Assembly (NCBI GenBank): GCA_964390735.1
Contig: CAYMIY010000004.1
Span: 1-39,134, forward strand
DNA from: an uncultured Gammaproteobacteria bacterium
GTDB lineage: Bacteria > Patescibacteriota > Microgenomatia > UBA1406 > GWC2-37-13
DNA: 39,134 nt
Direction: 5' to 3'
Made by a program: the position numbers and the translations under genes
Shown here: in pieces, positions 23,901 through 31,882 of the stretch
How positions within the stretch are numbered: the stretch's first letter is position 1
How the letters are laid out: every line of letters begins with the position of its first letter
Notes under the pieces: generated by a model
Seen by the model: only the letters and a program-made list of their open reading frames with translations
Told to the model about the DNA's origin: nothing
Database searches by the model: none

Positions 23901-26616
23901 CGAAATTAATTCCCTGTGCGGCTGTTGTACCGGCGCCGAGCTCCAAACGATGTGTTGGGGTGCTTGTTCCGATGCCTACATTCCCAGAGAATCCTGCATT
24001 TCCGGGACCTGGAGCAACTGAGTTATAGCCAACTGCAAGAGAAGCGGCTACTGTAGCGTATTTACTTATATTCAAATTACCTGTAATGGTTGTATCACCG
24101 GTAATATCAGTATTATCGTTAATGGCCACATTTCCATCGATGTCTGAGATAGCGCCTGCAGTTGTGATACGTAAGCCTGTTGTAGCAGAACCAATATCAG
24201 TCTGATCATTCAAAACGAGGTTAGCATCGATGTCTATCAAGGCTCCAGCAGTGTCAATACGAATACCTGTAGATGAGGAACCGATGTCGGTCGTATCATT
24301 TAGGACAAGGTTCCCTGTCGAATTGGATATGGTACCCTGGAAATCAGATGTACCAGTTACTACTGCATTATCACTTATTGTTGTAGTTCCACCTGTTGAA
24401 TCGAGAGTAAGATTGCCTGTTGTTGTGGTTATAGAAGATGACTGATGAAACTGGAGTGTGCCGTTATTCAGAACAGTCATGCGTGGCGTACCGGAAGCAG
24501 ATGCAGTAAGAATAGCCTGATCACCCGTTTCATTAAAGATGGTCAATGCTTTACCTATGACAGCACCAGCAACATCAAGCTTACCAACCGGTGTCCCATT
24601 TCCTATACCTAACAATTTATTTGTATTGTCCCAATAGAAAGCATTATCACCCGTTATGGCACTGGTACCATTCCAGAAAGTTACCTGACCAGCTACACCA
24701 GATCCCGTGATACTTCCAGCTCCAATACAGTTAGTCCAGCTTCCATTTTCATAACATCTGAATTTATTGGTATTAGCGTTGTAATAGATAAATCCGTTAG
24801 AACCAAGTGTTGGATCTCCTGAGTCAGATTTTACATCTACGCCGAATAGATCGGGAGTGGTCGAGCCACTGCCACCAGCGCCAACCTGGACTATTGCTGA
24901 AGTGGCTGTACCTTTTGGCTGGAGATAGATATCGCCAGTACTGGTGCCACCAATAGTAAAGGTATTGTATGCAGTTGTCTGTATGGCTCGTGCACCACCT
25001 GCTAACGTGAGATTACCAGATACGGTAGCATTTCCCTGGACATCAAGCTTTTCGAGGGGATTTGTTGTCCCAACTCCTATATTTCCACTTACTGCCAGTC
25101 CGTTTGAAGGTCCGGCGCTTGAGCCCGCGTATGTTCCGATAACCGTAGATCCTGCGATGTCTAGAATGTTACCTGGATTTGTCACACCGATTCCTACATT
25201 GCCAGCATGATTTATTAAGAATTTAGTAAGTCCTGATGCCGATGCAGCTAAAATTGCCTGATCACCGGTTTCATTGAATACGGTGAGTGCTTTTCCGGTT
25301 ATCGCACCGTTGACCTGTAGCTTTGAAATAGGGTTCGTTGTCCCGATTCCTACCTGGTCTGTTGAGGTTGTAAGTCGTACTACCTGACCATCGTCAGTCC
25401 ACCCCCCAGCGATAGAGCAGTTTGTTCCTAAGGCATCGCAGACTGCGGCTCCATTCTGATAAAGTGCTTGACCGTATATATTGCGCCATTCTTTAGAAAT
25501 AGATCCTAAATCATAGGTATCTGTTGCATTTGGTCCTACCGTGCCTGCAATCTGGACATTAAACGAAGAAGGGTTAGTCACGTTGCCTATTCCTATGTTT
25601 CCACCGTTAACGATCGTGATTCTGTCCGTATTAGCTGTCTGCAGTTTAAGAGTACCACTTTGGCTTGCATTCAAGGTAACATCACCTGATCCAGCTGAAG
25701 CGATTGTCACTGCATTAGCTGATGATATATTGAATGTTGCACTTGCGTAGGTCGAGCGTATACCTGGTGTGGCAGCTGCCATTAGCACATCACCCTGGTT
25801 ATTGATATAAGGGATTGATCCAGGTGTTTGTGCTGGAGGGAGGCCCTGAAGCGTTTCAGTATTTAGCGCATATCCTACGTTCGCAATTTGTTGGCGTGGA
25901 GTCATTTCAGAGTCAGATCCGACAGTAACTCCAAGATAAACGTTCGCGTTTTCTGTAAATACAGAAGAGGGGATTTCAGTCATGCTACAATCCTGACCAA
26001 CTAAGGCATTGAATATACCATCCTGGTCGGGTGTCAGACCACTGCCCCCTGTACATGAGCCTGTATAGAGAGGACTGCCTCCAGAAGACACGTTATAGAG
26101 TTTAAACACGACATCTGTCTGTGCCACGATTGGATTCCCTAAGGAATCGGTGAGTCTACCCTGGAACGAAATGATTCGTGTTCCTCGAGTAAGCGTATTG
26201 GGGAAAGCGAATGGTGTCGAAACTTTTATAAAGAACTGGTTATATATACCTGCACCCAAAAAAGATATCAGTATGATCAATAAAGCGTATCCTATGAGCG
26301 CCTGAGGGGTGTAAGCTGATTGTTTTACCTTTAGATTTGGATCCTTGACTGTCTGTGCTTTCTTCTTAGGTAGTAGCTCTGAGATTTTATATTGAATGCG
26401 CTGAATAATAGACTCGTGGAGGTCTACTATCTCGTGATCAATGAAATAGGAGAGATTACGAAACGTCTCACCGTCAATTATTTTTTCCTCAGCAGACCAA
26501 ATAATGAACTTCTTCAGGGATGCTAGCTTTGATGCCACTATAGAGGGACGAACTCCGGCTAAGCGGAGATTCTGTATATATTTGCGAATTAAAGTTTTAT
26601 CAAAGATAGGGTTCAT
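17992..26616 (-). CDS. Giant (2874 aa) surface fibre protein: cytoplasmic integrase-SAM-like N-domain, one TM, long tail-fibre-like repeat region, ConA-like jelly-roll domain and C-terminal stalk
   Basis: aa 1-65 (LIRKYIQNLRLAGVRPSIVASKLASLKKFIIWSAEE) look like a tyrosine-recombinase core-binding (SAM-like) domain. A TM segment ALIGYALLIILISFLGAGIY lies near aa 105-127. There are many GNVGIGTT.P..KL.V.G and GKAL.IFNETGDQ.I.TASASG modules. A ConA-like segment spans about nt 20105-20740, followed by ADIAENYP...EPGDIVKID. Confidence 0.9.
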   Translation of the reverse strand: MNPIFDKTLIRKYIQNLRLAGVRPSIVASKLASLKKFIIWSAEEKIIDGETFRNLSYFIDHEIVDLHESIIQRIQYKISELLPKKKAQTVKDPNLKVKQSAYTPQALIGYALLIILISFLGAGIYNQFFIKVSTPFAFPNTLTRGTRIISFQGRLTDSLGNPIVAQTDVVFKLYNVSSGGSPLYTGSCTGGSGLTPDQDGIFNALVGQDCSMTEIPSSVFTENANVYLGVTVGSDSEMTPRQQIANVGYALNTETLQGLPPAQTPGSIPYINNQGDVLMAAATPGIRSTYASATFNISSANAVTIASAGSGDVTLNASQSGTLKLQTANTDRITIVNGGNIGIGNVTNPSSFNVQIAGTVGPNATDTYDLGSISKEWRNIYGQALYQNGAAVCDALGTNCSIAGGWTDDGQVVRLTTSTDQVGIGTTNPISKLQVNGAITGKALTVFNETGDQAILAASASGLTKFLINHAGNVGIGVTNPGNILDIAGSTVIGTYAGSSAGPSNGLAVSGNIGVGTTNPLEKLDVQGNATVSGNLTLAGGARAIQTTAYNTFTIGGTSTGDIYLQPKGTATSAIVQVGAGGSGSTTPDLFGVDVKSDSGDPTLGSNGFIYYNANTNKFRCYENGSWTNCIGAGSITGSGVAGQVTFWNGTSAITGDNAFYWDNTNKLLGIGNGTPVGKLDVAGAVIGKALTIFNETGDQAILTASASGTPRMTVLNNGTLQFHQSSSITTTTGNLTLDSTGGTTTISDNAVVTGTSDFQGTISNSTGNLVLNDTTDIGSSSTGIRIDTAGALIDIDANLVLNDQTDIGSATTGLRITTAGAISDIDGNVAINDNTDITGDTTITGNLNISKYATVAASLAVGYNSVAPGPGNAGFSGNVGIGTSTPTHRLELGAGTTAAQGINFGTDVDLYRGAANRLDIGTGDDFNIVSGALAFGGTTVINSSRQLNNIAGVTTSLTPTAANTYALGTATTNQYSTIYGQSIFVNGVAVCDANGNNCPASTSGWTLASPNLYPAQSLYRIGIGTTTASEMVSQLYVTRTIADGAVGKALAIFNQTENQDLLTASASGTTRFVIKNDGNVGIGTTSPRANLEIANGGASDSPIYNTNTYLYVQGTSTSRAEIRNATNNTSVILTADTGNSEIDTNNEFLYMGAASNRQLRLMVNGDTGLNAISGNVGIGTTIPVSKLDIRGNASVSGNINLAGSNRSIQSSDFNSLTIGGTTTGNIILNPGNAVAGGLVAPNTTNVTDLGSASLQFRNIYGQNIYVNGTTISDGFIQLQGSTPGSQQTGNLNISGAALVGYLADTSNSNYGIDPAGTSNFGGFSLKVTGASLLALDSGNVGIGTGTPVGKLHVDSAAIGKALAIFNDNGTDQDIFTASASGTPVFTIKHNGNVGIGTTSPTYKLVVTGSAATVGNYTATTLTGSTNVAASVLSRGDLTNGYAENYYATAGTNVWEVGLRANSTDYQIYDSASGNARVRLDTTGNLNIVAGALNFAGTTVIDSSRNLNNIAGVATNLNPTSANTRSLGTATTNQYSSIYGQTVFVNGVAVCDANGNNCPAGASSWTLTGNNLYPSATTSRIGIGSTTTSNMVSQFYLTRTLTDGALGKSLAILDQSENQPIIAASASGSTKFIVDYTGNVGIGSTTVPGKLTIGQSSTTSTDGIYLTDASANTGRIYVGSSAGLRLQAGTNNTQLVLASGGNVGIGTTNPLAQFSVGSTSQFQVNSTGNLTGINGVTYSWPGSQGGSSTVLTNNGSGTLTWSSVGTLTGTGASGQVAYWNGTTTQAGSNSFYWDITNSLLGIGTNTPVAKLHLDGAVKGKALAIFNETGDQDIFTASASGTPVFTVKHNGNVGIGTTAPGAKLEIGGTTSTISNTAGNINITPTADLVITSGNVGIGASPVSGGKLYLDTTNANTGNTVTMNIGNIASTSQNNWTRLNMQNGGTGFFDLELVRGMVNQQGINTFQDDFTGKVLDTTNRWTSPVVGTGASCSSTFTAGVVGGVFRMVTSSSTAGAGCSLSSQSTLTNGFYKQDNNPVYEAAIKMGSTASTQRAFFGFSSALPTSDANTGSRHAWIGKRAADTVWQCVTANASSETFTSTGVNISTSAFQNLRVQIMNGSTPQVVCSVDGTSVSVTATLPGTGNAMDLFARTESTGTAATHDVDYIRTWQDDPPTGSVGPTIPTSNTSGNMIDRADIAENYPTTPGVILEPGDIVKIDNGRLNKSTVQHDSKVMGIISTSPGITLGSDDYINVAKLALNGRIPTKVSTQNGPIYEGDYLTTSTIPGVAVKAITPGIVIGKALESYTEQDTNKVGKILVFTNLTWYDPQVAINSDGTLTLSQSQNALLPQPDYDRQVTVTRATASTVTNASGDVLSATTGYAKVVAGTILTGLTDTQNAIVSNMLSAKTILATSIKSATGSFISLTSTSFTALDGTIQRLTVSERITSPVVETDNLNVRDTAQINNVETNTIKPQEDTITIDLSNPTNQGALANVIIKGMEGKTVTTLDAAGNATFSGTVTSHKVETKEASISGQLAAGSLNTNEASVSGTLTAKEIKADNIDALANNLGLTQNSIASQSSNLQQLSTNVNDIQKILTDLKNQPLPDPSYYQNLNQPVSVATQASAINLEKLTVTDNANMYDVSIAHNLSVGSMIITDGSILSLSWELKLSSLSTINLFDGGVVIAKDGTITTQGTIIAKGGVKTNIIEAIIPNDNINVKLASSDVAGQPDVQNTKLAVQNNQGLEVASIDASGSAQFKDLSLDKYLDATNSAAVIPAATNFTNNGIYAPALQTNRKTIGVGRLPASQSEIIIYNEKVKTGSLIYVTSTSALQNKNLFVADKHTCAEGDTACKPYFKVSISGGPMPTDITFNWWIVN
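20900..25650 (-). repeat. Coding repeat region of the giant gene (short GNVGIGTT-type motif nested in diverged super-repeats of roughly 1.7-1.8 kb)
   Basis: The plus-strand motif CC(A/G)AT(A/T)CC(C/T)AC(A/G)TT(G/T)CC recurs at about 20930, 21055, 21490, 21663, 22425, 22585, 23085, 23365, 23965, 25075, 25190 and 25590. The GVAVCDANGNNCP segment occurs at about 21962 and 23640, with a diverged copy near 25440. Boundaries are approximate. Confidence 0.75.
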
Positions 26617-26782
26617 CAGAATCTGATTGAAATTCTCTTTCTACTGGTAAATGAAAATTTAGGTCGCTGAGGTTCATTGTGCATGTGACTATGAGGAACG
26701 TCATATGGTCCAAACTCAGCTGCAGGATCTAGATTTGATTTGACGCTTTTTAAAGCCCCAAACAATATGCTTTTTACTGTAT

Positions 26783-27253
26783 TCATACGTTGCTAGAATT
26801 AATAATTTCGTAAAATTCGTTTACATCTGCGAGAATTTTCTTCTGCTCAGGACCCGAAAGAGATGAATTATGTAAATTTAGTTCGAAATCAGACATGATA
26901 TGTTCAACCGATATATGAGAGGCATGTATATCCTTTGCTGGATTTCGTGAAAGCCAGCCTTGCTGAATACATAAGGAGCAAAGTTTACGGAGTGTAGAGA
27001 AGCGTCGGTTAATGGTCTTCTCAGGTATGCCGGAAGCCTGCTGATACTCTTTGTATTCATGAAAGTTCACCTCATTCAATAATTCGTTTAACTCAAAGGA
27101 ATTTGCGATATTTTTCTTATAACTGGTGATCCATCCTGCATAATGCCTGTAGTCTGAGAGATAACTCGTCAAGGTAGAAGCAGAAATATTTTCCGCAAGT
27201 AGATAAGTTTTGAACGTAGCTTCGATATTATGAAAATTATATGTGTTACTCAT
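26783..27253 (-). CDS. Stand-alone integrase-SAM-like (core-binding) domain protein, no catalytic domain (156 aa)
   Basis: FKTYLLAENISASTLTSYLSDYRHYAGWI and TINRRFSTLRKLCSLCIQQGWLSRNPAKDI fit the N-terminal SAM-like domain of tyrosine recombinases. The protein ends with no R..HxxR..Y catalytic region. Confidence 0.65.
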   Translation of the reverse strand: MSNTYNFHNIEATFKTYLLAENISASTLTSYLSDYRHYAGWITSYKKNIANSFELNELLNEVNFHEYKEYQQASGIPEKTINRRFSTLRKLCSLCIQQGWLSRNPAKDIHASHISVEHIMSDFELNLHNSSLSGPEQKKILADVNEFYEIINSSNV

Positions 27254-27264
27254 GTATCTTCTAT

Positions 27265-27292
27265 ATTAATACAATAATAAAAAAGAAGTCAA
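27265..27292 (-). promoter_or_regulatory. Candidate promoter of the 26783-27253 / giant-gene cluster
   Basis: The minus strand reads TTGACT (27292-27287), 16-nt spacer ending TGT, ATTAAT (27270-27265). ATG is at 27253. Confidence 0.4.
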
Positions 27293-27817
27293 GAGCTATT
27301 TAGTATACATTTTGATACAGTTTACAGCTTCAAGGGCGAGGGTTATAAACAATCTCATAATAATATTTATTTAAATTTAATTATATATATGCGGTAATTA
27401 ATAACTTACTTTAATAGTCTTAAATATATCAATAGACTTATAATATATAAGCAATATAATAAAATTTCCGATGTGGTTTCAGGCGAGTATGACTTTGAAC
27501 AAAAAACATATGACTTATTTACTCAAAAACTCAGTAGTCCGCTGCTGGAACTAAACAACATGGGACATAAAATTATTTTATAGTCATTCTCAGTGCGTTT
27601 AGACTGTATAAAAATAGGCGTGGACCATCACCAACGTTCATAATTGATAAGAATTCTGTAATGAATGAGTAATGAATTTGGCAAATTATTGATCTATCTG
27701 ATAAAAGTTATTTTTGCAATTTAAGGCTAATAGAACGGTCCAAATATTTTATATAATACTGACGTTAAAATATTGACTATCTTATAATTTTATTCCTTTT
27801 ATCTGATAAGGCTAATA

Positions 27818-27846
27818 TTGACTTGTATATATATCTCATATAAGAT
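27818..27846 (+). promoter_or_regulatory. Candidate promoter for 27862-28275
   Basis: TTGACT at 27818-27823, 17-nt spacer, TAAGAT at 27841-27846. Confidence 0.45.
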
Positions 27847-27861
27847 GTATGTTAGGTACAT

Positions 27862-28275
27862 ATGAAAAAAAATATTGGAATTTTACTATTTTTAACTACA
27901 TTTTTGATGCTTTTAACAAGTTTCTTTTGGCTTCGTAGCAATCAAATTACCGTGGGTAGAGCAGATGTTTCACGTAGAGATATTTCAGTAGAAAATTCAT
28001 ATGTTTTTGTCACTCCTATCCGTGCTAGAGCCAACGGTCTCGAGAAAATACGCATAACAGTCTTTGCTCTTAATAATCAAGGTCTAGGCGTATTAGGAAA
28101 GCGTGTCTCACTTGCTAATACAGGGACCTTAAGTGTAGATCTCGTCCAGAATATCTCTGATGATCTCGGTAAATCGATATTTGATGTAGCTACTTCCCAG
28201 GCGGGAGAATACTATCTTGAAGTACAGGTAGACGGTCAAACTCTTCCTCAAAAAGCCCATTTATCTTTCTATTGA
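27862..28275 (+). CDS. Membrane-anchored bacterial Ig-like (Big_1-like) domain protein (137 aa)
   Basis: N-terminal TM IGILLFLTTFLMLLTSFFWL. The rest (SYVFVTPIRARANGLEKIRITVFALNNQGLGVLGKRVSL...GEYYLEVQVDG) follows the invasin/intimin-type Ig pattern. Confidence 0.6.
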   Translation: MKKNIGILLFLTTFLMLLTSFFWLRSNQITVGRADVSRRDISVENSYVFVTPIRARANGLEKIRITVFALNNQGLGVLGKRVSLANTGTLSVDLVQNISDDLGKSIFDVATSQAGEYYLEVQVDGQTLPQKAHLSFY

Positions 28276-28276
28276 T

Positions 28277-29224
28277 TTATTTGAGTTTAATCAAGCTGTT
28301 TGTTTTTACATAAGGTACAATATCGTTTTGAGCAATAACCATTAACTCTGAGCTCCTGCGTTTTGCAAGAATCATGTTTTTGTGAAGGATTAATGGATGA
28401 GTAAATCTTTTGTAACAGTAAATGAGTAATATCACTAATTCAAGAATGAGAGAACTATTAAACAGATTATTTTTGATGATATTGAAAATGAGTGTCAGGA
28501 ACTCCACAATAATATACCAAATGGGTAGTACACGTAATAGGAGTGTTATGCTACGAGGAGAAGGTTGAGAATCATACACTGTTTGGGTGAACATCCGAAA
28601 TGATGCAACAGACGCAGATGGTAACTGGAAAGAGAAATTTCCTTTATCATCAGACTTGGTTGATATAGGAGGGAAGCTATAAGCGTCGACAGGACCCACG
28701 GGGCTTATGTGATCAATTACATATTGAGCTTTTGCCAGAATCGAAGATTTATTGTTAAAGAAAGATATAGTGACAGGAGAGTTCGGGATTGCCTGACCGG
28801 TTAATAACACTTGATCTGAAACAAAATAATCATTTTTATCAAGTGATATGGTGGGAGGTAATAAAATGGGCCCTATATCGTTGCTGGACTGGTAAGGAAT
28901 GGGTGGTATACAAATTGACGGCGTTAGCCTTCCAAACTGATCCTGCGAACTCAAACATAAGTCAGCAGGGTTCACAGGTATAAGCAAATCAGTAAATTCA
29001 AAATAGCCATCTGCTCTTGAGAATGTACTGTCCTGGAGTCCTGATGATTCGATACGTACGAGAGCGTTGGGAGAACTATACCCAAACAGTTTAAAATTGC
29101 CGGCTCTTCCGAAACGCAAGCTCACATCTACATTCTTATATATGGGTGGAAATTCAGCACCAAATACAGGAGGTGAGGTCAAGAGTATTCCTGCGAATAT
29201 GAATAAGAGAATATATTTATTCAT
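28277..29224 (-). CDS. Secreted beta-rich protein with C-terminal TM helices (315 aa)
   Basis: Signal peptide MNKYILLFIFAGILLTSPPVFGA. C-terminal hydrophobic segments (LPIWYIIVEFLTLIF, LILELVILLIYCY). Last gene of the surface-protein operon. Confidence 0.65.
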   Translation of the reverse strand: MNKYILLFIFAGILLTSPPVFGAEFPPIYKNVDVSLRFGRAGNFKLFGYSSPNALVRIESSGLQDSTFSRADGYFEFTDLLIPVNPADLCLSSQDQFGRLTPSICIPPIPYQSSNDIGPILLPPTISLDKNDYFVSDQVLLTGQAIPNSPVTISFFNNKSSILAKAQYVIDHISPVGPVDAYSFPPISTKSDDKGNFSFQLPSASVASFRMFTQTVYDSQPSPRSITLLLRVLPIWYIIVEFLTLIFNIIKNNLFNSSLILELVILLIYCYKRFTHPLILHKNMILAKRRSSELMVIAQNDIVPYVKTNSLIKLK

Positions 29225-29240
29225 ATATTGAGGCCTGGCA

Positions 29241-30260
29241 TCAATCCGGGCGGCCCTTTAACTGTTTCTTCAATTTTTCGATTTCTTCCTTCTCAAGCTC
29301 TATTTCTTTTTCAAGCTGAGATGTTTTCATATCAGTTTTGCCGGTGATAGTCTTGATAAGAATGCCTAATATAACGATAGCTAAGATGATAACGAGCGCT
29401 AGTCTCCATGGAAATACGATTACGGTAGCATATGAAGTCAATGCTTTTCCTGTTTTACCATATCCACCAGCTACTTCGACCTTATACTGTCCAAACATCC
29501 AGTGTTGTCCAAGACTTGTGGAGTAGACACGTACGGCGTCAGGGAAGATGTTATTTTGTGGGAAAGGTTTCGCGTCAATTTCTTTTCCTGACATGTTTGA
29601 TAATGTACCTACGATCTGTGGTGTTACGTGATAATCAGAGCGATTAAGTACTTCGAATGATACGGGAATAGGTCCATATTCCATGAATGAAGGAAGCGTA
29701 AATTTTGAGATAAAGGCACTTTCTTTACACTGTCCTGCAACATTCATATACATAAGGCTTGCAAGCTTGAATGCTACAGATGTTTGTGTTTCTACACGAA
29801 CAGGTTTACCACCAAGCTGTGGAGGGGTTGGTTCAAAATAAACACTTGTGTAGCGTGCGCATGGATATGCATCTGCAGGTACTTTAATTTGTGCTGATAC
29901 GATTACCTGTGTCTTAGCTGGAATAGTTACTCGATCCTGTGACAAGGTCATCCAAGAACTTGCTGCAAATCTATTGTTTGCAGTTGATGTATCAAAAAGA
30001 GTAGGTGAACCTTCTTTATCGAGTACGAGAAAGTCGGCTTTTTTAAACATACCTGTCAGATTTTCATCTGTGCGATTATAAAATTTAATTTGAACTGTCT
30101 TTTCCTCGCCAGGTGTCAGAGCAATATCCTGAGATGGGGGAGATACGGTAAGATCGATTGTACTTTGCGCATGAACAGGTAATGTACTTATAGAAACAAA
30201 AAGGGCAGTTAATAATGCTAACCCTGTAACCTTCATCGTGACCTTATCTATCTTTTTCAT
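29241..30260 (-). CDS. DUF916/DUF3324-like (CscA-like) cell-surface protein: signal peptide, two beta-sandwich-like halves, C-terminal TM anchor
   Basis: Signal peptide ending VHAQS. DLTVSPPSQDIALTPGEEKTVQIKFYNRTDENL is a chaperone/DUF916-like first strand pattern. C-terminal WRLALVIILAIVILGILI plus a charged tail. Confidence 0.6.
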   Translation of the reverse strand: MKKIDKVTMKVTGLALLTALFVSISTLPVHAQSTIDLTVSPPSQDIALTPGEEKTVQIKFYNRTDENLTGMFKKADFLVLDKEGSPTLFDTSTANNRFAASSWMTLSQDRVTIPAKTQVIVSAQIKVPADAYPCARYTSVYFEPTPPQLGGKPVRVETQTSVAFKLASLMYMNVAGQCKESAFISKFTLPSFMEYGPIPVSFEVLNRSDYHVTPQIVGTLSNMSGKEIDAKPFPQNNIFPDAVRVYSTSLGQHWMFGQYKVEVAGGYGKTGKALTSYATVIVFPWRLALVIILAIVILGILIKTITGKTDMKTSQLEKEIELEKEEIEKLKKQLKGRPD

Positions 30261-30275
30261 ATGTTTCTCAAAATA

Positions 30276-31742
30276 TTAAAATGTACCTGATGCAAAGTAC
30301 AGGATACGAGTCTGGTAATAAGCTGCTTGCTGAGTTGCACTCACATTTAGTCTATAACACACATATAACTGCTGGGTTGATGATGGTGCTGTAGAAGATG
30401 CGATCTGCTGAGCTGCGGTAACGCCTGCACAATTGGTAGAATTGTTACAGGCAAATTGTTTCGCGCAGTAAGATCCTCCCGAACAGTTTCCCGAAGTTGT
30501 ACTGTACTGGAAGGGTACCGTAGAAGTAGAATTCTCAAGCGAATATCCCCATCCATTTGTTGTAGTAGTATTCCATCTACCTGTTGTTGTTGCACTACAG
30601 TTGGCACCATCGCATGTCGTATCAGATAAGGTTGTATCAGGAGTGCCATCTCCGTTAGTATCTGCAGAAAGTTCATCGTCCTCAGCGACTTTTACCACAT
30701 ATCCCGAAGTTGCGTTCGTAGAAACGGCAAGTAAATGTGCTGCATCATAGAATGCACCTGTGGTTGTGATATCACCGAATGGAACTGCCGTTGCGGTGGT
30801 TGTAACCGATGTTGAAACACCGCAATGAGTAGCAGCAGCAGCTACACCAGAAATCTGGAATGTAAGCGATGGGTTTACCGTGGCAGAAACGAGCACCGCT
30901 TCAATTGGTGATACGGTAACTATGACACTATCGACTACGTTATAACTTGGATACTGTAGTAGTTGAATTCTTAGGTTATACGTATCGGCGAGTCCCTGTG
31001 TATGACCTGTTTTAGGAGCAGGATTAATGAGTGCACGTGAAGTATTGCCAACTGTCATTGTAAGGGCCTGTGCAGCACTCAACGTTCCTGCAAATCTACA
31101 TTCAAATGCGTGATAGTTACTACCAAAAGTTGAAGATGCCGTCGCGGTAGCAGTTTGCCATGTGCCTACTCCGCCGCCTGTTGGGCATGTAATATTTGCT
31201 GCAGCAATACTGTTAAAGTCAAAGCCTGCACTTGATAGTCCATCAGGTGCACCATCGTTCGAACCTGAAGTATTACTGCCTGCAGGTATAAGTACACGAA
31301 TTGCTCCCTGATTAATTGATGACTGATTCGTAAAGGCTAAGGTATGTGACGCTGACTGTGAAGCATACACCGTATCACCGTTCGCAACACCAATAGTAGA
31401 TGCTGTAACGGTACTGAATGTCGTTGTACCTGAAACTGTAGCGACCTTTAGGCTACCCATATTTCCAATGGAGATCGTATCCTGTGGAAAGAGGTGACTT
31501 GTATTCACATCAGGGTTTCCTGAGTTCTGGATTGTCCAGTTTGATGTACCCACTGACTGTGCACCAGAGACTTTCGCATAATACGAAAGACGAGAGTTAG
31601 AAAGAGTGTCAGATGCAGAGTACAAATTTCCTGAATCCGTAACAGGAGGTATTTTTACAAGAAAAAGATATGTTCCCTGAAAAAATATAAAAAAGTACAG
31701 CAAAATTTTATACACAAGACGACCAGAAAATAGCTTTTTCAT
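30276..31742 (-). CDS. Surface-fibre subunit-like protein (488 aa), tandem paralog A; WxL-like C-terminal domain
   Basis: N-terminal hydrophobic anchor or signal. The C-terminal half (LTFQISGV...VPFGDI...GYVVKVAEDD...NGWGYSLEN...LYVCYRLNVS...AAYYQTRILYFASGTF) has the order of motifs seen in WxL / fimbrial-type beta-sandwich subunits. Confidence 0.6.
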   Translation of the reverse strand: MKKLFSGRLVYKILLYFFIFFQGTYLFLVKIPPVTDSGNLYSASDTLSNSRLSYYAKVSGAQSVGTSNWTIQNSGNPDVNTSHLFPQDTISIGNMGSLKVATVSGTTTFSTVTASTIGVANGDTVYASQSASHTLAFTNQSSINQGAIRVLIPAGSNTSGSNDGAPDGLSSAGFDFNSIAAANITCPTGGGVGTWQTATATASSTFGSNYHAFECRFAGTLSAAQALTMTVGNTSRALINPAPKTGHTQGLADTYNLRIQLLQYPSYNVVDSVIVTVSPIEAVLVSATVNPSLTFQISGVAAAATHCGVSTSVTTTATAVPFGDITTTGAFYDAAHLLAVSTNATSGYVVKVAEDDELSADTNGDGTPDTTLSDTTCDGANCSATTTGRWNTTTTNGWGYSLENSTSTVPFQYSTTSGNCSGGSYCAKQFACNNSTNCAGVTAAQQIASSTAPSSTQQLYVCYRLNVSATQQAAYYQTRILYFASGTF

Positions 31743-31882
31743 TATATGTATATTAAAGTGGAAATTTAAACCTATGTCAATAACAATTATTCCAAAATTA
31801 TAATCTTACATATGTTAAGTAATTTATACATACTTAATATATAAGTAAATTACTATATATAAGTTTTTGAATAAAGTAAAGA

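Noticed and set aside
17992-26616. Many 60-155-aa plus-strand ORFs inside the giant gene (e.g. 18491-18781, 20831-21127, 22379-22687, 22823-23290, 24944-25210)
   Set aside because: They are antisense shadows of a long repetitive Gly/Thr/Ser/Asn-rich coding region, with no independent expression signals.
17992-26616. Tail-fibre-like giant gene as evidence of a prophage
   Set aside because: No capsid, terminase, portal, tail-tube or lysis genes are nearby. The protein has a cytoplasmic domain and a TM anchor, consistent with a cellular surface fibre.
26783-27253. Calling the 156-aa protein an integrase / mobile-element marker
   Set aside because: Only the N-terminal core-binding-like domain is present, with no catalytic domain and no flanking att-like repeats. 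It is therefore not evidence of a mobile element.
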